Shown: positions 1-13,520 of the stretch, one piece after another
Layout of the letters: every line of letters begins with the position of its first letter
Position numbering within the stretch: position 1 is the stretch's first letter
Assembly: GCA_030264375.1 (NCBI GenBank)
Contig: JASCQW010000119.1
Location: 11,007,896 to 11,071,895, forward strand
Reading direction: 5' to 3'
From: Carcharhinus longimanus
Lineage: Eukaryota
Length of the DNA stretch: 64,000 nt
Notes under the pieces: generated by a model
Databases searched by the model: none
What the model was told of the DNA's origin: nothing
Seen by the model: only the letters and a program-made list of their open reading frames with translations
Made by a program: the position numbers and the translations under genes

Positions 1-2078
1 ATGTATCAGCCGTTTCATTTCAGAAGGTTGTTTACATTGATTGCTCTTTGACTTGTGATATTTTACACAACACATTTTGGTTCGACGAGAAAACCACGAT
101 TTCCAGTTTTAAGTAATACCATCGGATAGGGGAGATGAAAACGCTGCCTTGAAAAGTACAGTGCATAGAACCACGGACAATGTGCGGAATGAAAGACAAA
201 TTATGATATACGGTTATTACATTATAGTTCGGTTTCTTAATAAGTGTTCACGTTTCAGTTTTAAAACGTTTTAAAAATAGTTCAGATGGTGTGAAAAGAC
301 GACAACGTAACAAAACTATATATTACTGCATATCCAACGCCACCAGGTCATTCGCCCCCTATTCTGGCCCCACGTTGCAGAATTCTGGAACCGTTTTCAA
401 TTCATCACAACAGGAAGCTCATCTCAGTTCATTCCCCCTCTAGTAGTTACGAAATAGACTTCAGGTTAAGTAATCATTGTCCTCGTGACTTTGTGACGAT
501 ACTGTGCATTTGAGAAATATACTTTCTTTACGATTATTGTAGACGATCTGTTTTAGTCGTTTATATTTCGTCATAATCAGAATCATGCATTGTTAATGCA
601 GCTGTATAATTGCATCTAATTGCTAGAGGGATTTTTTTTTAGATCTGGACCAACTTGTTACTTTCTTATTTCTTGTTCCCCTGGAGATTTGCTGCAAAGG
701 ACTTGATTAGATTGAATAATATCTAAGGTAACATGATCGGCTAGAGCGAGGCTTACGCAGAATCTTCGGGTCAATTGTTCATATAGTGGTTGATTTGCGT
801 TGAGAGAGTACTGTGTTCTTTTCCCTTGTCTGATGTTGGGAACTGAAATCTGCCTGGAAGTATTTTTTTTCTCTGAAATTATGTTCAATGGAAGTGGATC
901 TTTCTCTGAATGTTGCTGCTTGGAAGCAGCAGAAAGGCAGATATCCCTTTCTGTATCTGAAGGCTGGACTGGACGTTGTCAGAAATTAGGCTTCAACTCT
1001 GATGTTCTACTGATTGCCACACAGGTACCCTTTATTTAGAGTTAGTACGCCGCTTCTGACAAGAATACTGAAATATGTCTTCTCATTCCCTTTCAGCACA
1101 ATTACGCTCCATTCTTCTGCGTATTCCATGACGTCACCCACCTGGTTCAGGCTAAACTAACCTTTGAGATTTCGAGGTTCAGGTATCCACTCAGCTGGCA
1201 AACTGGAACGCCAGTTGACCGGTGGGATGCAGGGGATGCATTTTAAGTATTTCTTTGCGCGGACAGCTCGGTCAGCTAAAACGTTATTTCAAAAATTGAA
1301 CATTCAGCGTTTCGACTCTGTTATGACTCTGTTACAGCTGATCTGCTATGGCCAAAACTCCACATTCACGATTACCCTGGAAATCATGGAACTTTTTCTG
1401 GCTCAAATAACTATACATCTCCTCCTGAATACAACTGGATAATCCGCCCCTTAGTTTCTTTCGATCAAGAGAATTCTAAGGAATCCTGACTGTCTGAGAA
1501 AAACGTATTGTGGTCTTTGCTGTTCTAAATGGGAGATGTGTTGTTTTTAACCTGTTTTCCAGAGCTCAGATCCTTCCCACGACGGCAAACATTCTTTCCG
1601 AATCCACCCTCCCAATTCTGCGCAGTACAGTGTCTGGGCACGGAGGGTTTTGAAAACAAAAAGTGATTTGTAAAACGTAGGTATTGCTGAATCGGAAAGT
1701 GGTAAATGCCAAATAGCGTCAGAGCATTTAACGAACGATTTTCCACCCATGTTGGTATAGGGAGAAATCCACAGATCGAGACGTGGATAAGCCTAGATGA
1801 TGTGTTCTTGGAGCGAGCTCATGGGGCTGCAATATAATTGCATGTATGATTTGGGCGGTATTCGACTTGTTTTAGATGCTGTATTGTCTACTTGATTGAA
1901 TGTAATATTATTAACATGAATATATTTCTGCAGGTGGAAACGCAAATGAAGATTAGCTAGGGTGCATTTCCACTTTTTGTTATTGTGCTGTGGATTTTGA
2001 TTGGCGTAATATAGGAACAAAAAAACATACGGAAAATAAAATTTAATAAGATTTTTTTTCTGATTTTGTATTTTATAG

Positions 2079-2114
2079 GTAACAGCCATGGTGACAATAG
2101 CCAGACCGTAACGA
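2079..2114 (+). CDS. 36-nt microexon, (G)NSHGDNSQTVT; non-coil segment before the coiled coil
   Basis: ttttttttctgattttgtattttatag|GTAACAGC...GTAACGA|gtatgt; long pyrimidine tract, open in phase 1. Confidence 0.65.
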
Positions 2115-2961
2115 GTATGTAAATAATCGTTGATATTTATTCATCAATGTCTACTTTTCTCCTTTCCAACTGGGGATTGGAATCCATGTTGACATTTATT
2201 TTCTCATTTCATTGGCGCTGCATTTACCCATACTGCCTGTTTATGCGCATGAATGATATATGCAAACGATCCCTGGAGTAGCTTACGTTTAATTGCCAGC
2301 AACGTTGTTTAGAATTTGAAATCCATGGACAACAAGGTTTGTACGAATGACAAGATTGTGCACATAAATAATGTTCCTTCTTGATTTTTTTTCTATTTGT
2401 TATTGACCGAAATATGTGATTGACATTTACAAAAATGTCAGTTTGTATTCGAGATTGTTTAAAGTGCAACCTGTTGCCAAATTGTTTTCGTGGGATTTCA
2501 CTATTGGACATAGTTGGAAACATAACATGGAGAGTTTCCTATTTCCCAGGACCACATTCTGAGTCTTACTAATATCCTGCTGCAGCAGAGAATCAATGTT
2601 CATCCAAGAAGATTCTGTACCACAAATTTGACAAAACATCTACAACGTCCATATGTCCTCACTTCATGTCTGTGTATGCTGTATAAAAAAAAATGCAACC
2701 ACATTTCCATGATTTTGTAACTACGCCGTCATGTGTCTATTTTCTGGCTGGTTGCTAAAAATTAATAAGTGTTTCTTCTTCTGATAATCCATGGATTTCA
2801 AATACTAAAAACGTTATTGCAATTAATTGTGTTTATGAGCTGATGTTTTCAATTGAGCATCAATCTCCAATATCTATATTATTGTTATCCACCTGGAAGT
2901 AATATATCTGCAGTTGAAGTCTAAAAATTGAAAAATAATTTTAAAAAACCGGCTATTTCGG

Positions 2962-2988
2962 AGGAACAGCTGAAGAAGAAAGATAAAG
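2962..2988 (+). pseudogene. 27-nt exon copy (K)EQLKKKDK with non-canonical splice sites
   Basis: tatttcgg|AGGAACAGCTGAAGAAGAAAGATAAAG|ggggca; 20/27 nt identical to exon 6350; GG at both acceptor and donor. Confidence 0.65.
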
Positions 2989-3101
2989 GGGGCACGTTAA
3001 AATGCACATTTCGTTTTATTCCTCCCATATTCCATATTGCACAAAATTGCTTCATTCGTGGCTTGGAAAGTTGCACACACATTTAGAAGAAAGAATTCCT
3101 C

Positions 3102-3148
3102 CACACACGCACACACACAGACACACACACACACACTCACAGCACACA
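3102..3148. repeat. (CA)n microsatellite
   Basis: cacacacgcacacacacagacacacacacac... Confidence 0.9.
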
Positions 3149-3239
3149 CTGCCACCCAGCTTAGTATCGTCTGAAAACTGGAGATATTGCATTCAATTCC
3201 TTAATACAAATTATTAATGTATATTACGGACAGTTGGGG

Positions 3240-3818
3240 TTACAGCACTGAACCCTGCTGTACCCTCGAGTCACTGCTTGTCACTCTGAAAAGGATCCAT
3301 TTATTCCCACTCTCTGCTTCAGTTTGAGCATAATCTCCCTCCTCTTATATACCAGGCTTGGGCCAAATGTCTTTCTGACCACCTGATTAAGAAACTTATC
3401 AGCCTTGATTGAATGGCAGAGCAGACTCAATGGACTGAATGGCCTAATTCTGCTCCTACATCTGATGGTCTTATGATCTACCTGTCCAGCCTCTTTCACG
3501 GATGTCTGGATGTTGACTCTAGGTTCTCTCTGATCCTCTATAATTCTCAGCATCATTCCCTTGACTGTTCATTCTCTTGTCTTGTCCAATGTCCCAAATT
3601 CATTCTCTCTCACTGCTCCAGATCAAATTCCATAAGCCATTTTTCTGCCCAAGCCCACTGATATCTTCCTGCAGTCCACGGCTTTCTTCTGGATTGTTAA
3701 ACACAAACACAATTGTTGTACCATCTGCAAACTGAATCATAACCCTTACATTTAAGTCTAAGTCATTGATATATACCACAAAACTGTGGAACCTCACTGG
3801 TAACCAGACACTATTCAG
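3240..3818. mobile_element. CR1-like LINE fragments
   Basis: Minus-strand translation YINDLDLNVRVMIQFADGT resembles the RT motif region; a CR1-type 3' tail (gaatggcctaattctgctcct) lies on + near 3410-3480. Confidence 0.65.
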
Positions 3819-4746
3819 NNNNNNNNNNNNNNNNNNNNNNNNNNNNNNNNNNNNNNNNNNNNNNNNNNNNNNNNNNNNNNNNNNNNNNNNNNNNNNNNNN
3901 NNNNNNNNNNNNNNNNNNCAACATGACTGCGCTCTCATGCAAATAGCGTAGAATTTCACTCCACCATTAGAAGCAATGACTTCACCTTACCATAGCCGTT
4001 ATAGCATGTTCCTTTTAATTTTTGAATTTGAGATTTTCCATAAATCCTAAAGTTCTGAATAATCAGAAGTCATCTTTCACAGTTGTTATTTTTTATTATT
4101 AGTTATTTGTGCCCCTTGACACACAATAGGATAATTAAAATTGATAGCCCGATGATGCTTTGCTCTGAATCTTGTAAATTTTACATCGTGATGTGTACAG
4201 TGCATTTGGAGAGATGGCTCGTGCGATCACTTAAGGTATTCTTTGGCCAAAGTGATTACATTGTTTAGCCTAGAAATAATATGGAAATCTAGAATATTAT
4301 AACGTGTAATTCATGCCTTTGCATTTAAGAGATTATATGGAATTCAGACCGGATGGGTAGGGAAAAAACTGGAAGTGTCTGCAAAGCATTCGCATTTATG
4401 ATTTGGATTCAACATTATTGATGGCAATTAAACATTGTAACCACCAAGAGATTAAAATCTGATGCGTCCAATATGTATTACCAAGCAATATCGCCAAATT
4501 GATTTTTTAACTCATCCCATTTTGTCAAAACTTTATTAGTTTCCGAAATCACCTTGCTGTCGAATAAAGAACCCATTCTTCAGTCTCATTGACTTCAATG
4601 GAACTTAATGTTAGGCGTGATGCAAATTGTGTGGCGAATCCCGTTGTACCATGTCAGCTCAAGTTTCCAATCGTGTCAACATTGTACTTTCCATCCCGTT
4701 GCACTCGAATTCTGGAATATCGTTCGTCTTGTTTTTTTTTTCTTAG

Positions 4747-4782
4747 GAATAAAAGAGCTCCAAGAAAATCTATCATTTGCAG
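4747..4782 (+). CDS. 36-nt microexon, (G/R)IKELQENLSFA
   Basis: tttttttttcttag|GAATAAAA...TTTGCAG|gtgaga. Confidence 0.85.
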
Positions 4783-6349
4783 GTGAGAAGGGAGATCAAA
4801 CCGTGGGATTATGCTCTTGAATCGATGCAGGATTCAACACGAATGAGGATAGGAAATCATTTCTAAAGACAATTCTAATTTCCAAACATTGGAAAACCTT
4901 CGATTGGGTATGGCAGGAGATGCAATTCCATGTGTAATGGGTGCATTCATGCACAATTTTATCACTAAAAAGGTACAGCACAGAACATATGAGTATAATT
5001 ATCGCGCTCAGAATTGATTGTTGACAGGATCATAGATTACGACGGCAGTACCCCCTCCTGACCTGAATAACTACGCAACTACCACATGATCATGCTCTCG
5101 AGAAGAGTGGAGTACCAACATTCCAGCTATTTTCGGAAGCAAACCAAGCAATACCCTTCCAAATATGATATGCACCCAAGCAGTTTACGTGAGACAAAAT
5201 CTGAGTCAGCCAGACCACCAGCCTCATTCCATTAATACCACTGAATTATCGCGAGTATGTGCCCTAAATCCAAGAAGCCCCAAATCCCAACTTCCTCCTG
5301 ATAGCTCCAAAGCCGATATGGAATGCTTGGCTGCCTTCTGAAAGAGGACTGAAGTTTCTGACCACAAATCAACTTATCCTCCAACTATACACTGACCCAA
5401 CTGCACATCAAACAATTTCATCCACATCAACTTCCTCCTCAATAACCTGTCCATTCTCACACCATTATATCTGAAGCAATCTACCCAACTATCCAAAATT
5501 CCTGTACCCACTTAAGCATTTCACGGACTTACCTATACACAAAACCCATGTATCTGCGAAGAACAAATTACTGTCCAGGCACCTACCTTGCCACAGAGCT
5601 GACGACAAGCATCACTGAAATACACATGTCCCTACGTAATTCGTTTGTGCAGACATTTACACAATTCAGCCATTCACCCACTCACCCAATAATCCTTCCA
5701 CTCATCTACCGGTAACCCAAGTACAAACTTCATCCATTTACTCAACAACAAAATTAATCCATTTCATCCAACTTCACAAAAACTTAGCCACCTCACCTGC
5801 TCACGCGCTGACTCAGCTTATGTATTTACCCACTTTAGCAGCTTACGCGTCCATCTAATGATCCATCTATTCCATTCAAACATGAATTAATTCATACAAT
5901 CATTCTGTCATTTTTTCAATAAATGGTCCAATGAACATTCACTCGCCCATTCATGAATCTACCCTCAATTACTGGATCTTTAAGATTAAGTTCTTGTCCA
6001 TTTCTAATTTCCATTGAACGTTAGTGGAAAGGGACTGCCTTCGCACCATCGCACTCCATGCCATGTGGTACATTCAAAATGTATCGTAGAGGGGAACAAA
6101 ATTAAACCACACCATCGGAGTGAATGAAGAAGAATCTCGTTTGAAGTTCCAATGCTGTGTGACTGGGAAAAGGTTAGTCAGTGTTCACTTCGAACGTTGT
6201 TCAACTTGTGAAACGGATTATGGATGTTTTATTTCTATCTCATTGGCTGTGCATGCTATTCGGCCTATTGTTTTCAACATAATTTGCTCCAGTTCTCAAT
6301 GTAAATATTTTCTCCCGCTAATATTGCCGTTCTGGCTTGTTTGTCATAG

Positions 6350-6376
6350 AAAAACAACTGGAGAAGAAAACAAAAG
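6350..6376 (+). CDS. 27-nt microexon, (E)KQLEKKTK
   Basis: cttgtttgtcatag|AAAAACAA...CAAAAG|gtaagg. Confidence 0.88.
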
Positions 6377-6962
6377 GTAAGGGTGTCAAATGCGGAAATG
6401 CATGTTTTAACTGTCGATAAGCCGAAAAGAAAACATGCATTTCTTATGCCCGTCGTATAATTTCACGTTCATTTTTTTTAAAACTGGTTAACATTCGAGT
6501 GTTTCCATTCTATTTATATATGTTTGAGTGCAGCTTTTCAATATTAATTTCACATTAACACATTCTACTAGCATGTCTTTATAATACCATAAGCCTTTTT
6601 TTTCTCCTCGATGTCATTACTGACACACCCTTTGTCTTAGAACCAGGGCGATTTGGTCACTCTTGCCTTTGCTCCGACCAATCTATGACTGACTATTCTG
6701 TCCCACTGTCTCCAGCACCTCTCCAATTACAATTCTTCCCCTATTTAATTTCCAAAGATGAGTCCCATGAACAGGAAATGTTCAATCGTGTTCCATTTCC
6801 ACAGATTCTGCATTAAAAATAGGCCATCTAAACTCAAAATAACCTATTAAACCAGCAACATACCGTCATGTCCAGCAAGTACCCGCACCCACACGATCAT
6901 TTTTTGTCAATTAGCAAGACAATGGGTGCTTTCGATGAAGATATCCCAGGAGGTAGAAGAAA

Positions 6963-7306
6963 GGGCGGCACGGTAGCACAGTGGTTAGCACTGCTGCTTC
7001 ACAGCTCCAGGGTTCTGGGTTCGATTCCCTGCTTGGCCACTGTCTGTGCGGCGTTTGCACATTCTCCTCGTGTCTGCGTGGGTTTCCTCCGGGTGCTCGG
7101 GTTTCCTCCCACAGTCCAAAGATGTGCAAGTTAGGTTGATTGGCCATGCTAAGGAATTGTTCCTTAGTGTCCAGGGATACGAAGGTTAGAGGGATTAGTG
7201 GGTAAGTATGTAGGGATTTGTGGGTAGGGCCTGGGTGGAATTGTGTTCGGTGCAGACTCGATGGGCCGAAGGGCCTCTTTCTGCACTGTAAAGTTCTAAG
7301 TTCTAA
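6963..7306 (+). mobile_element. HE1-type elasmobranch SINE, near full length
   Basis: tRNA-like head with A box (tagcacagtggt) and B box (ggttcgattcc), body gtctgcgtgggtttcctccggg, LINE-derived tail ending in gttctaa repeats. Confidence 0.9.
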
Positions 7307-8865
7307 TATATTGCCTCCTTTGAAATGAGTCACAGTGTTAAGCTCGCCAAATAAATCGCCCCTGAAACTTCGCTATATTGTGCTGTGACGTGTGACACAG
7401 TATATCACCAAGTCAAATGAGGAGTACCTTAATTTGTGCTCCGAACCTAAGTGGCTCCTCCATAGCCCCCTGTAACTTCTTGGGCTTTGCTATCTATTTC
7501 TAGATGCGATCCTTCAGCCGGGAGCGTGGTCTTTTTTTATATTTGATATAAAATCGGTGAGGCTGCCAGCATATCAATTTTATGAAATTTTTCAATTCCC
7601 TCAATCAATAGCGAAATGAGATGTTTTATATTCATTGAAAAATAGGAAGTTGCAGTAGAAAATAATGCAAATTATCCAGTCCCACCTCTGCAGACTTTTC
7701 CAAAATTCAGGTGTGCTTAATTTTTTCAGCCATAAATGCAGAACCCCTCATGCACGGCTGCTAGCATATGTCTTGTCCACAACCCACTAAGTACATTACA
7801 GTGAAATATGCTTAGAACTTTCAACTGTCATACAGAGTCGAATGATGTCCTCAAGGTAATTTGTGAATGATTTTCAATCCGTGGTCATTAGGATTTGGTC
7901 TTCGATACCTTCTCACCTTGAATTCAAGTGCTTGATGTCATGTAACCTTGTTAATTCCAAGGATTGAAATTCCATGGTTTCACAATTCTTCGTCTTGACT
8001 TTATTCCTTATTCATGCTAATATACTCATAGACATTCTCATAATTGCGCCTTAGATATTTAAAGTCCCGGGACGTTGGCGCCTCTGCCTGAGTGTGCCAG
8101 CCATTATCCAGCAACCGTTATTCTCGAAACACGTTTCGAAATGGAGTACCTTCTTTCAATAACTTTGTATTTGCACACCAATTTCTGTCTGTTCGTTCAC
8201 AATTTTCGACGCCATGCCCTGTATAGCAGATTGTCGTCCATAATAATTCACCAAAATTTCACAGGATCACATAATGTATGTCAGAAGGAGTTGTGGGCCA
8301 GCCAGCTTTAATTATCAAGTGGTCACACGGTGAAGCCTTCCATTGTTTGCTGGAGCAGACGAGTGAAGGAGCAGAGNNNNNNNNNNNNNNNNNNNNNNNN
8401 NNNNNNNNNNNNNNNNNNNNNNNNNNNNNNNNNNNNNNNNNNNNNNNNNNNNNNNNNNNNNNNNNNNNNNNNNNNNTGAGCAGCCATGATGGCGATGAAT
8501 GGCGGAGCAGGCTGTAAGGGCCGAATGGCCTCCGATCTTCGTTACCCATCGAGTAACGATGGGTCATTGAGTCCACGACCTGACCTGCGGGAAGCTTCGC
8601 CAGGGAATTTTTGACAGCTGTGTTGCCAATCCTTGCCCGCAGGGGGTGCCACAGTTGCCACTCCATCCTCCACCACTTATCGAACCTCAGTTAGGCCGCA
8701 CTTGGAATTTAGTGTTCAATTCTGCTTGCCACAACGCCAGGAGGATGTGGAGAGGGTACAGAGACGATTTACCAGGATGTTGCCCTGGTACGGCGAGCAT
8801 TAGCTAGGAGGAGAGGCTGGAGAAACTCGGTTTGTTCTCACTGGAGGTTGAGAGGGCGAAATCTA

Positions 8866-9285
8866 GATCATAGATCATAGAATCCCTACAGTGCAGGAAG
8901 AGGCCCAACGGGTCCGCACCGAACACAATCCCACCCAGGCCTATACACCCATATGGGGTGGCACGGTAGCACAGTGGGTTCGCACTGCTGCTTCACAGCT
9001 CCAGGGTCCCGGGTTCGATTCCCGGCTTGGGTCCCTGCCTGTGTGGAGTCTGCACATTCTCCTCGTGTCTGCGTGGGTTTCCTCCCAGAGTCCAAAGATG
9101 TGCGGGTGAGGTTGATTGGTCATGCTAAAATTTTCCTTTAGTGTCCTGAGATGCATAGATTAGAGGGATTCGTGGGTAAAATATGTAGGGACATGGGGGT
9201 AAGGCCTGAGTGGAATTGTGATCGGTAAAGACTGGATGGCCTAAATGGCCTTTTCTTCTCTGTAGGCATTCTGTGATTCTATGAT
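8866..9285. mobile_element. HE1-type SINE (+, about 8955-9285) preceded by an inverted 3' fragment (-, about 8866-8950)
   Basis: Close similarity to the 6963 copy; atcatagaatccctacagtgcag is the reverse complement of the SINE tail. Confidence 0.85.
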
Positions 9286-9724
9286 ACGTCTAATGCCACA
9301 GCTTTTAGAAAACAATATTGTTACCGACACACAGTGAAGCTACTGAGACTGCTCAGTTTCCAAACGTCTCAAAAGCCCATCGTTTTATTTGCTACATAGT
9401 CCATTTATTATTCTTATCGTAATTCTACGTTTTAGTCTGTTAATTTCTTCTCCATATGCCTTTGGCATTGTTTTCGAAGGTCATCAGGAAGTGAACGTTT
9501 GAAGTATCTGGCTCATATTATTTTTCTGATTTATTATCAAATGATTCAATCAATTTCAGAGACGTTATTTGCGTTTACAAATCTGTGTACATGCTGATAG
9601 ACTCACAATTCGTTCTTCCAGCAATTGGACTTCCTTCCGTTTAACATGCTGTAAGGCATCAGTTATTTGCACTCTGTCACAAGATGGACTATCCGCACCT
9701 AGTAAAACCCAAATGCCGTTGTAG

Positions 9725-9760
9725 AACTTGAAGAGAAGACAGAAGCTCTTGGAGAAACAG
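9725..9760 (+). CDS. 36-nt microexon, (E)LEEKTEALGET
   Basis: gccgttgtag|AACTTGAA...GAAACAG|gtgagg; 23/36 nt identical to exon 17431. Confidence 0.85.
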
Positions 9761-10179
9761 GTGAGGGACATAATGCAAATTGTGAAAAAAAAATCGCCAT
9801 CTGCAAATTGGATTTCCTGTATTTGGGAGATGTGATCATTCATTGTATACTGCTTCCATCGAAAATAAAAATGGTCAAGGTGTACAATTTGAGAGAAGAC
9901 GTAACAATATTGGCAGATAAAACCAAATGAAAGCCAAAGATGTTTTACCGGTACGTTAAAAGCAGTACAAAGTAGGCACTACTAAGGGAGAGGTAGGGAC
10001 TACCAGCGATATGCATGCAAAATCAGGAATTGATTCAGAAACTGTGAGCAGGATTTTCAACCATGAGGGTTCTCGATATCGAGGGTAGTCAGACTGGAAG
10101 GAGAGGGAAGATTCAGGCATCCCAGTGACAGACTGGTAATCTGAAAAAATATGGACAAAATGCACAGTGAGAGAGGAAG

Positions 10180-11050
10180 TACAGGAAGCTAGCTTCCTTG
10201 AAGGTGTACAAATTACGAAGGTCAGATGCATTTTCTGTTGTCAGATTACACCAAGGAAGAGATCGAGAATGCCCTGAACATGATGTCCTTATTCTGAATA
10301 TTTCCAGGTACTTTACCAGAGTATTCACAACGTGCAAATTTGTAACACTATTTCAACACAGAGGAAATGATAGGACAGGAAACCGTAGATCTGTCATGTT
10401 GATTTCAGTGATGGAAGTTTACTGAAGACAATTCTGACAGACAGGTTGAATTGTCACTTTGAAAGGTGCAGATTGATCAGGAATAGACAGCATGGTTCGT
10501 TTGGGGATGATCATGTCTTACGGACCTAATAGAGATTTTTGAGGAAGTAACACCAAATATTGATCAGGGTAATGCAGAGTGCATTATCTACTCCGATTTT
10601 AGCAAGAGATCTGACAAGGTTTCACATAGCCAAACGGCCAAATGGTGAGATATAGGGGAAGGTGGCAGTTTGGGTTCAAAATTGGTGTATCTAAAGGGAA
10701 GAATCTAAGCGGGACTTTACATGCCCGACCCGAAAAAGGAAAATCCCGCTCCAAGGCAATGGCTCATCCATTGTAAGCCTCTTGCCCGTTCCGATTCTAC
10801 AGTGGGTGGGGCAGTTGAATTCTGGCGAAAGTGTCCGCTGATGTTTTTGCAAATATAAAACAGCTGGGATCTATGTTAATTGTTGTGTAAATTAATGAGT
10901 TAGATTGAACTGAGGAACTTGTGCATGATACAAAATAATCACTACACCGTCGATAGGGAAGAAGATAGTTTTCGATTCTTGAATTGTTTCAATGGTTTAA
11001 TCAATGGAATTTAACCCAAAAAAAACTGAGGCAAATCAACGAAATGATAC
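10180..11050 (+). mobile_element. Decayed CR1 LINE ORF2 with a nested MITE-like insert (about 10705-10830)
   Basis: Remnants matching GNYRPVSL, QHGF, SCLTNL and DFSKAFDKV; many stops and frameshifts. Confidence 0.7.
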
Positions 11051-13091
11051 AGAGTGCTTTCGAAGCTTCGATTGCACATACATAATTCTAATAAAAAATT
11101 TGTGTACATTCATTTTTGAAACATAAAGTGCAAGCAATCTGCAACATGGAACCGTCAAAAGCCATTGAACACCTAATAAATATTTCAGCATTCGATTAGT
11201 TCATTAGAGATCGCAAACATAACTCAAATTATTTGCTTCCACACAATATTATACCAACATGAAACAAAATGCTTAGTTCTACTTCTCCGAAGCACAATTT
11301 ATACCTTATTCCAAGGTTCTTGCGGTAGAAAGTGTAGAACCGTTCGGAGTTCTGCTCTCATTCGTGTCAGGAAGTTATTTCCTCTGTCTTCCTGAACTGT
11401 CGACTGGTTGTTCAAGGTAACAGTCCCCGTTATTGTTTCCTCCTACGGAAATGTTTGAATATCTCGATGATATCACTCACGAGTCCTTCACAATTAGTGG
11501 ATTGGAAAGGATTTTTTTTCTGCAAGATGTTTTACTACCTTCAGCAAAACATTGTCGATATTATCCGTGAGCTCAGATGGAGATGATCAATTCCTCATTC
11601 AAGGTAAACTTGACCAAACAAAACAGAAACAAAAATTGTGTACCCCCATAACTACGGAGAGCTTTAATTCTGCCTAGTCCACAACCTTCCCTTTCACGTT
11701 CGATTAGATAAATTATGAAACATTGCCACCGTGTTCTGGAATATAGACCTTTCCAGAGAACATCAGGATAGAATTTATTTTTCGGTAGCATTGACAATGT
11801 ATCTCTGTATTGCTGCGGAAGATATAATCAGTTCAGTGAATGTGTGAATTGAACATTCAATATGCTGAATAAAGATGAACGTGGATGGTTCACATGTCGG
11901 TTTCAAGGTCCTGATGAAAGCAACATTTGCTTCTGTTTCATTATTCAGTCATGGCAAATGGGCGTTGCTGGTTCGGCCAAATTTAATGTGCATCACTAAT
12001 TGTCCTTCTGAAGATTGTGGTGAGCTCCATTCTTAAATAGTTACAATCCGTATAGTGTTGGAAGACATAGAGTGCTACTACATATGAAGCATAGAACGTG
12101 CTTTCCTAGACTGCAAAACGATAACCGTGTTACTCCAATTTCTGCCGAAATGATGGAGGAAATATTTCTCATCACAATTAAATTGTGCTGCAGAAATATG
12201 TAAAACATCTGAGAATCAAATAGCACAATTCTATGTGTTTCACAAGAATTTAGCAACAAACAGAAAACAATAAAGTAAGGCCTATGATTTCGAAATGAGG
12301 GAGAGATATCTAATAAACTGCCTTGCATTACACGCTGATTCTCAATTTCGTCACGCATTCAATACCATTGACTTCAACTGTTTGAATGCAGGTCCTTGAT
12401 GAGGCACGTCAGTAAGTTGTCCATCCTGCTTTGTACACGCATGCAAAAGCTAACATGCAAACCTCTTGTATGGGCAGTTTACTAACGAGAATCACAATGC
12501 AAGTATGTACGAGAAAGAACGAGCATGCAGAACAGCAGGTTTCCTTGTATTTCTACCACATTCTCCCTCAAACACTATGATTTCGCCATTTCCTCACAGT
12601 CTAAAAGCACTCCTGAATCTTGCGCCCAACGAAGACAAGCCAGGCGACTAGTTTGGTATCACATCCACCAACAATGCATCCTGTCACCACTTTTCACAGA
12701 ATGCAGTGCAGGAAAGCACCACAGTTCCTTAGGCAGTATTATCCAAACCCATGGTCCTGTACAACGATGGAGCATTGACTGGAATTTATGCTCCAAAACA
12801 TTCAACATCCTGATTTGCAAATATATTCCTTCACAATTTGTTGAGTCAAAATCCTGAAACTCTCCCCCAAACAACTTGGCGGAAGTACCTACACTACTTG
12901 GAATGCAGATCGTCACTACATTCTCAAAGGAAATTAGGGATGGACAATAAATGTTGACCAAACCACCAAGGCACAAACACTTTGAATGAATACAAGCAAT
13001 ATTGAAAAGGGCGTGTGCATTTTCCTTTAGAATACTGTACTCAATGTCTCTTTCTTAAGCCATATCTTACATTCGCCATTTACACCTGCAG

Positions 13092-13118
13092 CACAAAACC
13101 TACTCAAGAAAGACAAAG
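13092..13118 (+). CDS. 27-nt microexon, (A)QNLLKKDK
   Basis: catttacacctgcag|CACAAAAC...GACAAAG|gtaaca. Confidence 0.85.
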
Positions 13119-13289
13119 GTAACATCATTATGTTATTAAAAAATGTATCTCCAAAAACATTCAGATTTGATAGAAGCATTTCCCGTTGCTGCTGCTCAAG
13201 AAAGTGCCCATCATTAATTTTAAATAATGCCCTGCCTCGGTTTTAGCAAAGGATTGAGGCATTATTCAGTTAGAAGTTCGTTTCTGTCT

Positions 13290-13520
13290 ACGGAAGGAAT
13301 TCTCCCAAACCGCTATTCCCGTCACCCTGCACATTTCACATGATAGGTTTACCTAATTATTACACATCTTTGGACATTAAGGGCTATCCATCATGGTCAA
13401 TCCACCAAACAATTTGGAGCGCATGAAACCGATGGAACCCCTCTCAGACAAGGTGCAAATTCTGCACTAACAGCCAGCAGAATCGAACTGGGGTCTTGGT
13501 ATTGACAGGCAGTCTTATAA
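13290..13520 (-). mobile_element. Degenerate HE1-type SINE
   Basis: Reverse-strand similarity to the other copies (acatctttggac, gaatcgaac, gacaggcagt). Confidence 0.55.

Noticed and set aside
1563-1667. After a good acceptor, LRSFPRRQTFFPNPPSQFCAVQCLGTEGF faintly resembles the B30.2/PRY motif PDNPERFD..CVLGSEGF
   Set aside because: A stop follows within a few codons, there is no upstream LDPxTA or downstream YWEV, and the segment has no compatible phase-1 donor. An HMM search would be needed; treated as chance.
4330-4356. 27-nt AG/GT candidate IIWNSDRM
   Set aside because: Weak acceptor and donor, and the peptide does not fit the coil pattern.
6963-7035. tRNA-like A/B boxes
   Set aside because: SINE head, repeated in many dispersed copies; not a tRNA gene.
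11577-11603. 27-nt AG/GT candidate GDDQFLIQ
   Set aside because: No pyrimidine tract, no heptad fit, and it would break the 36/27 alternation.
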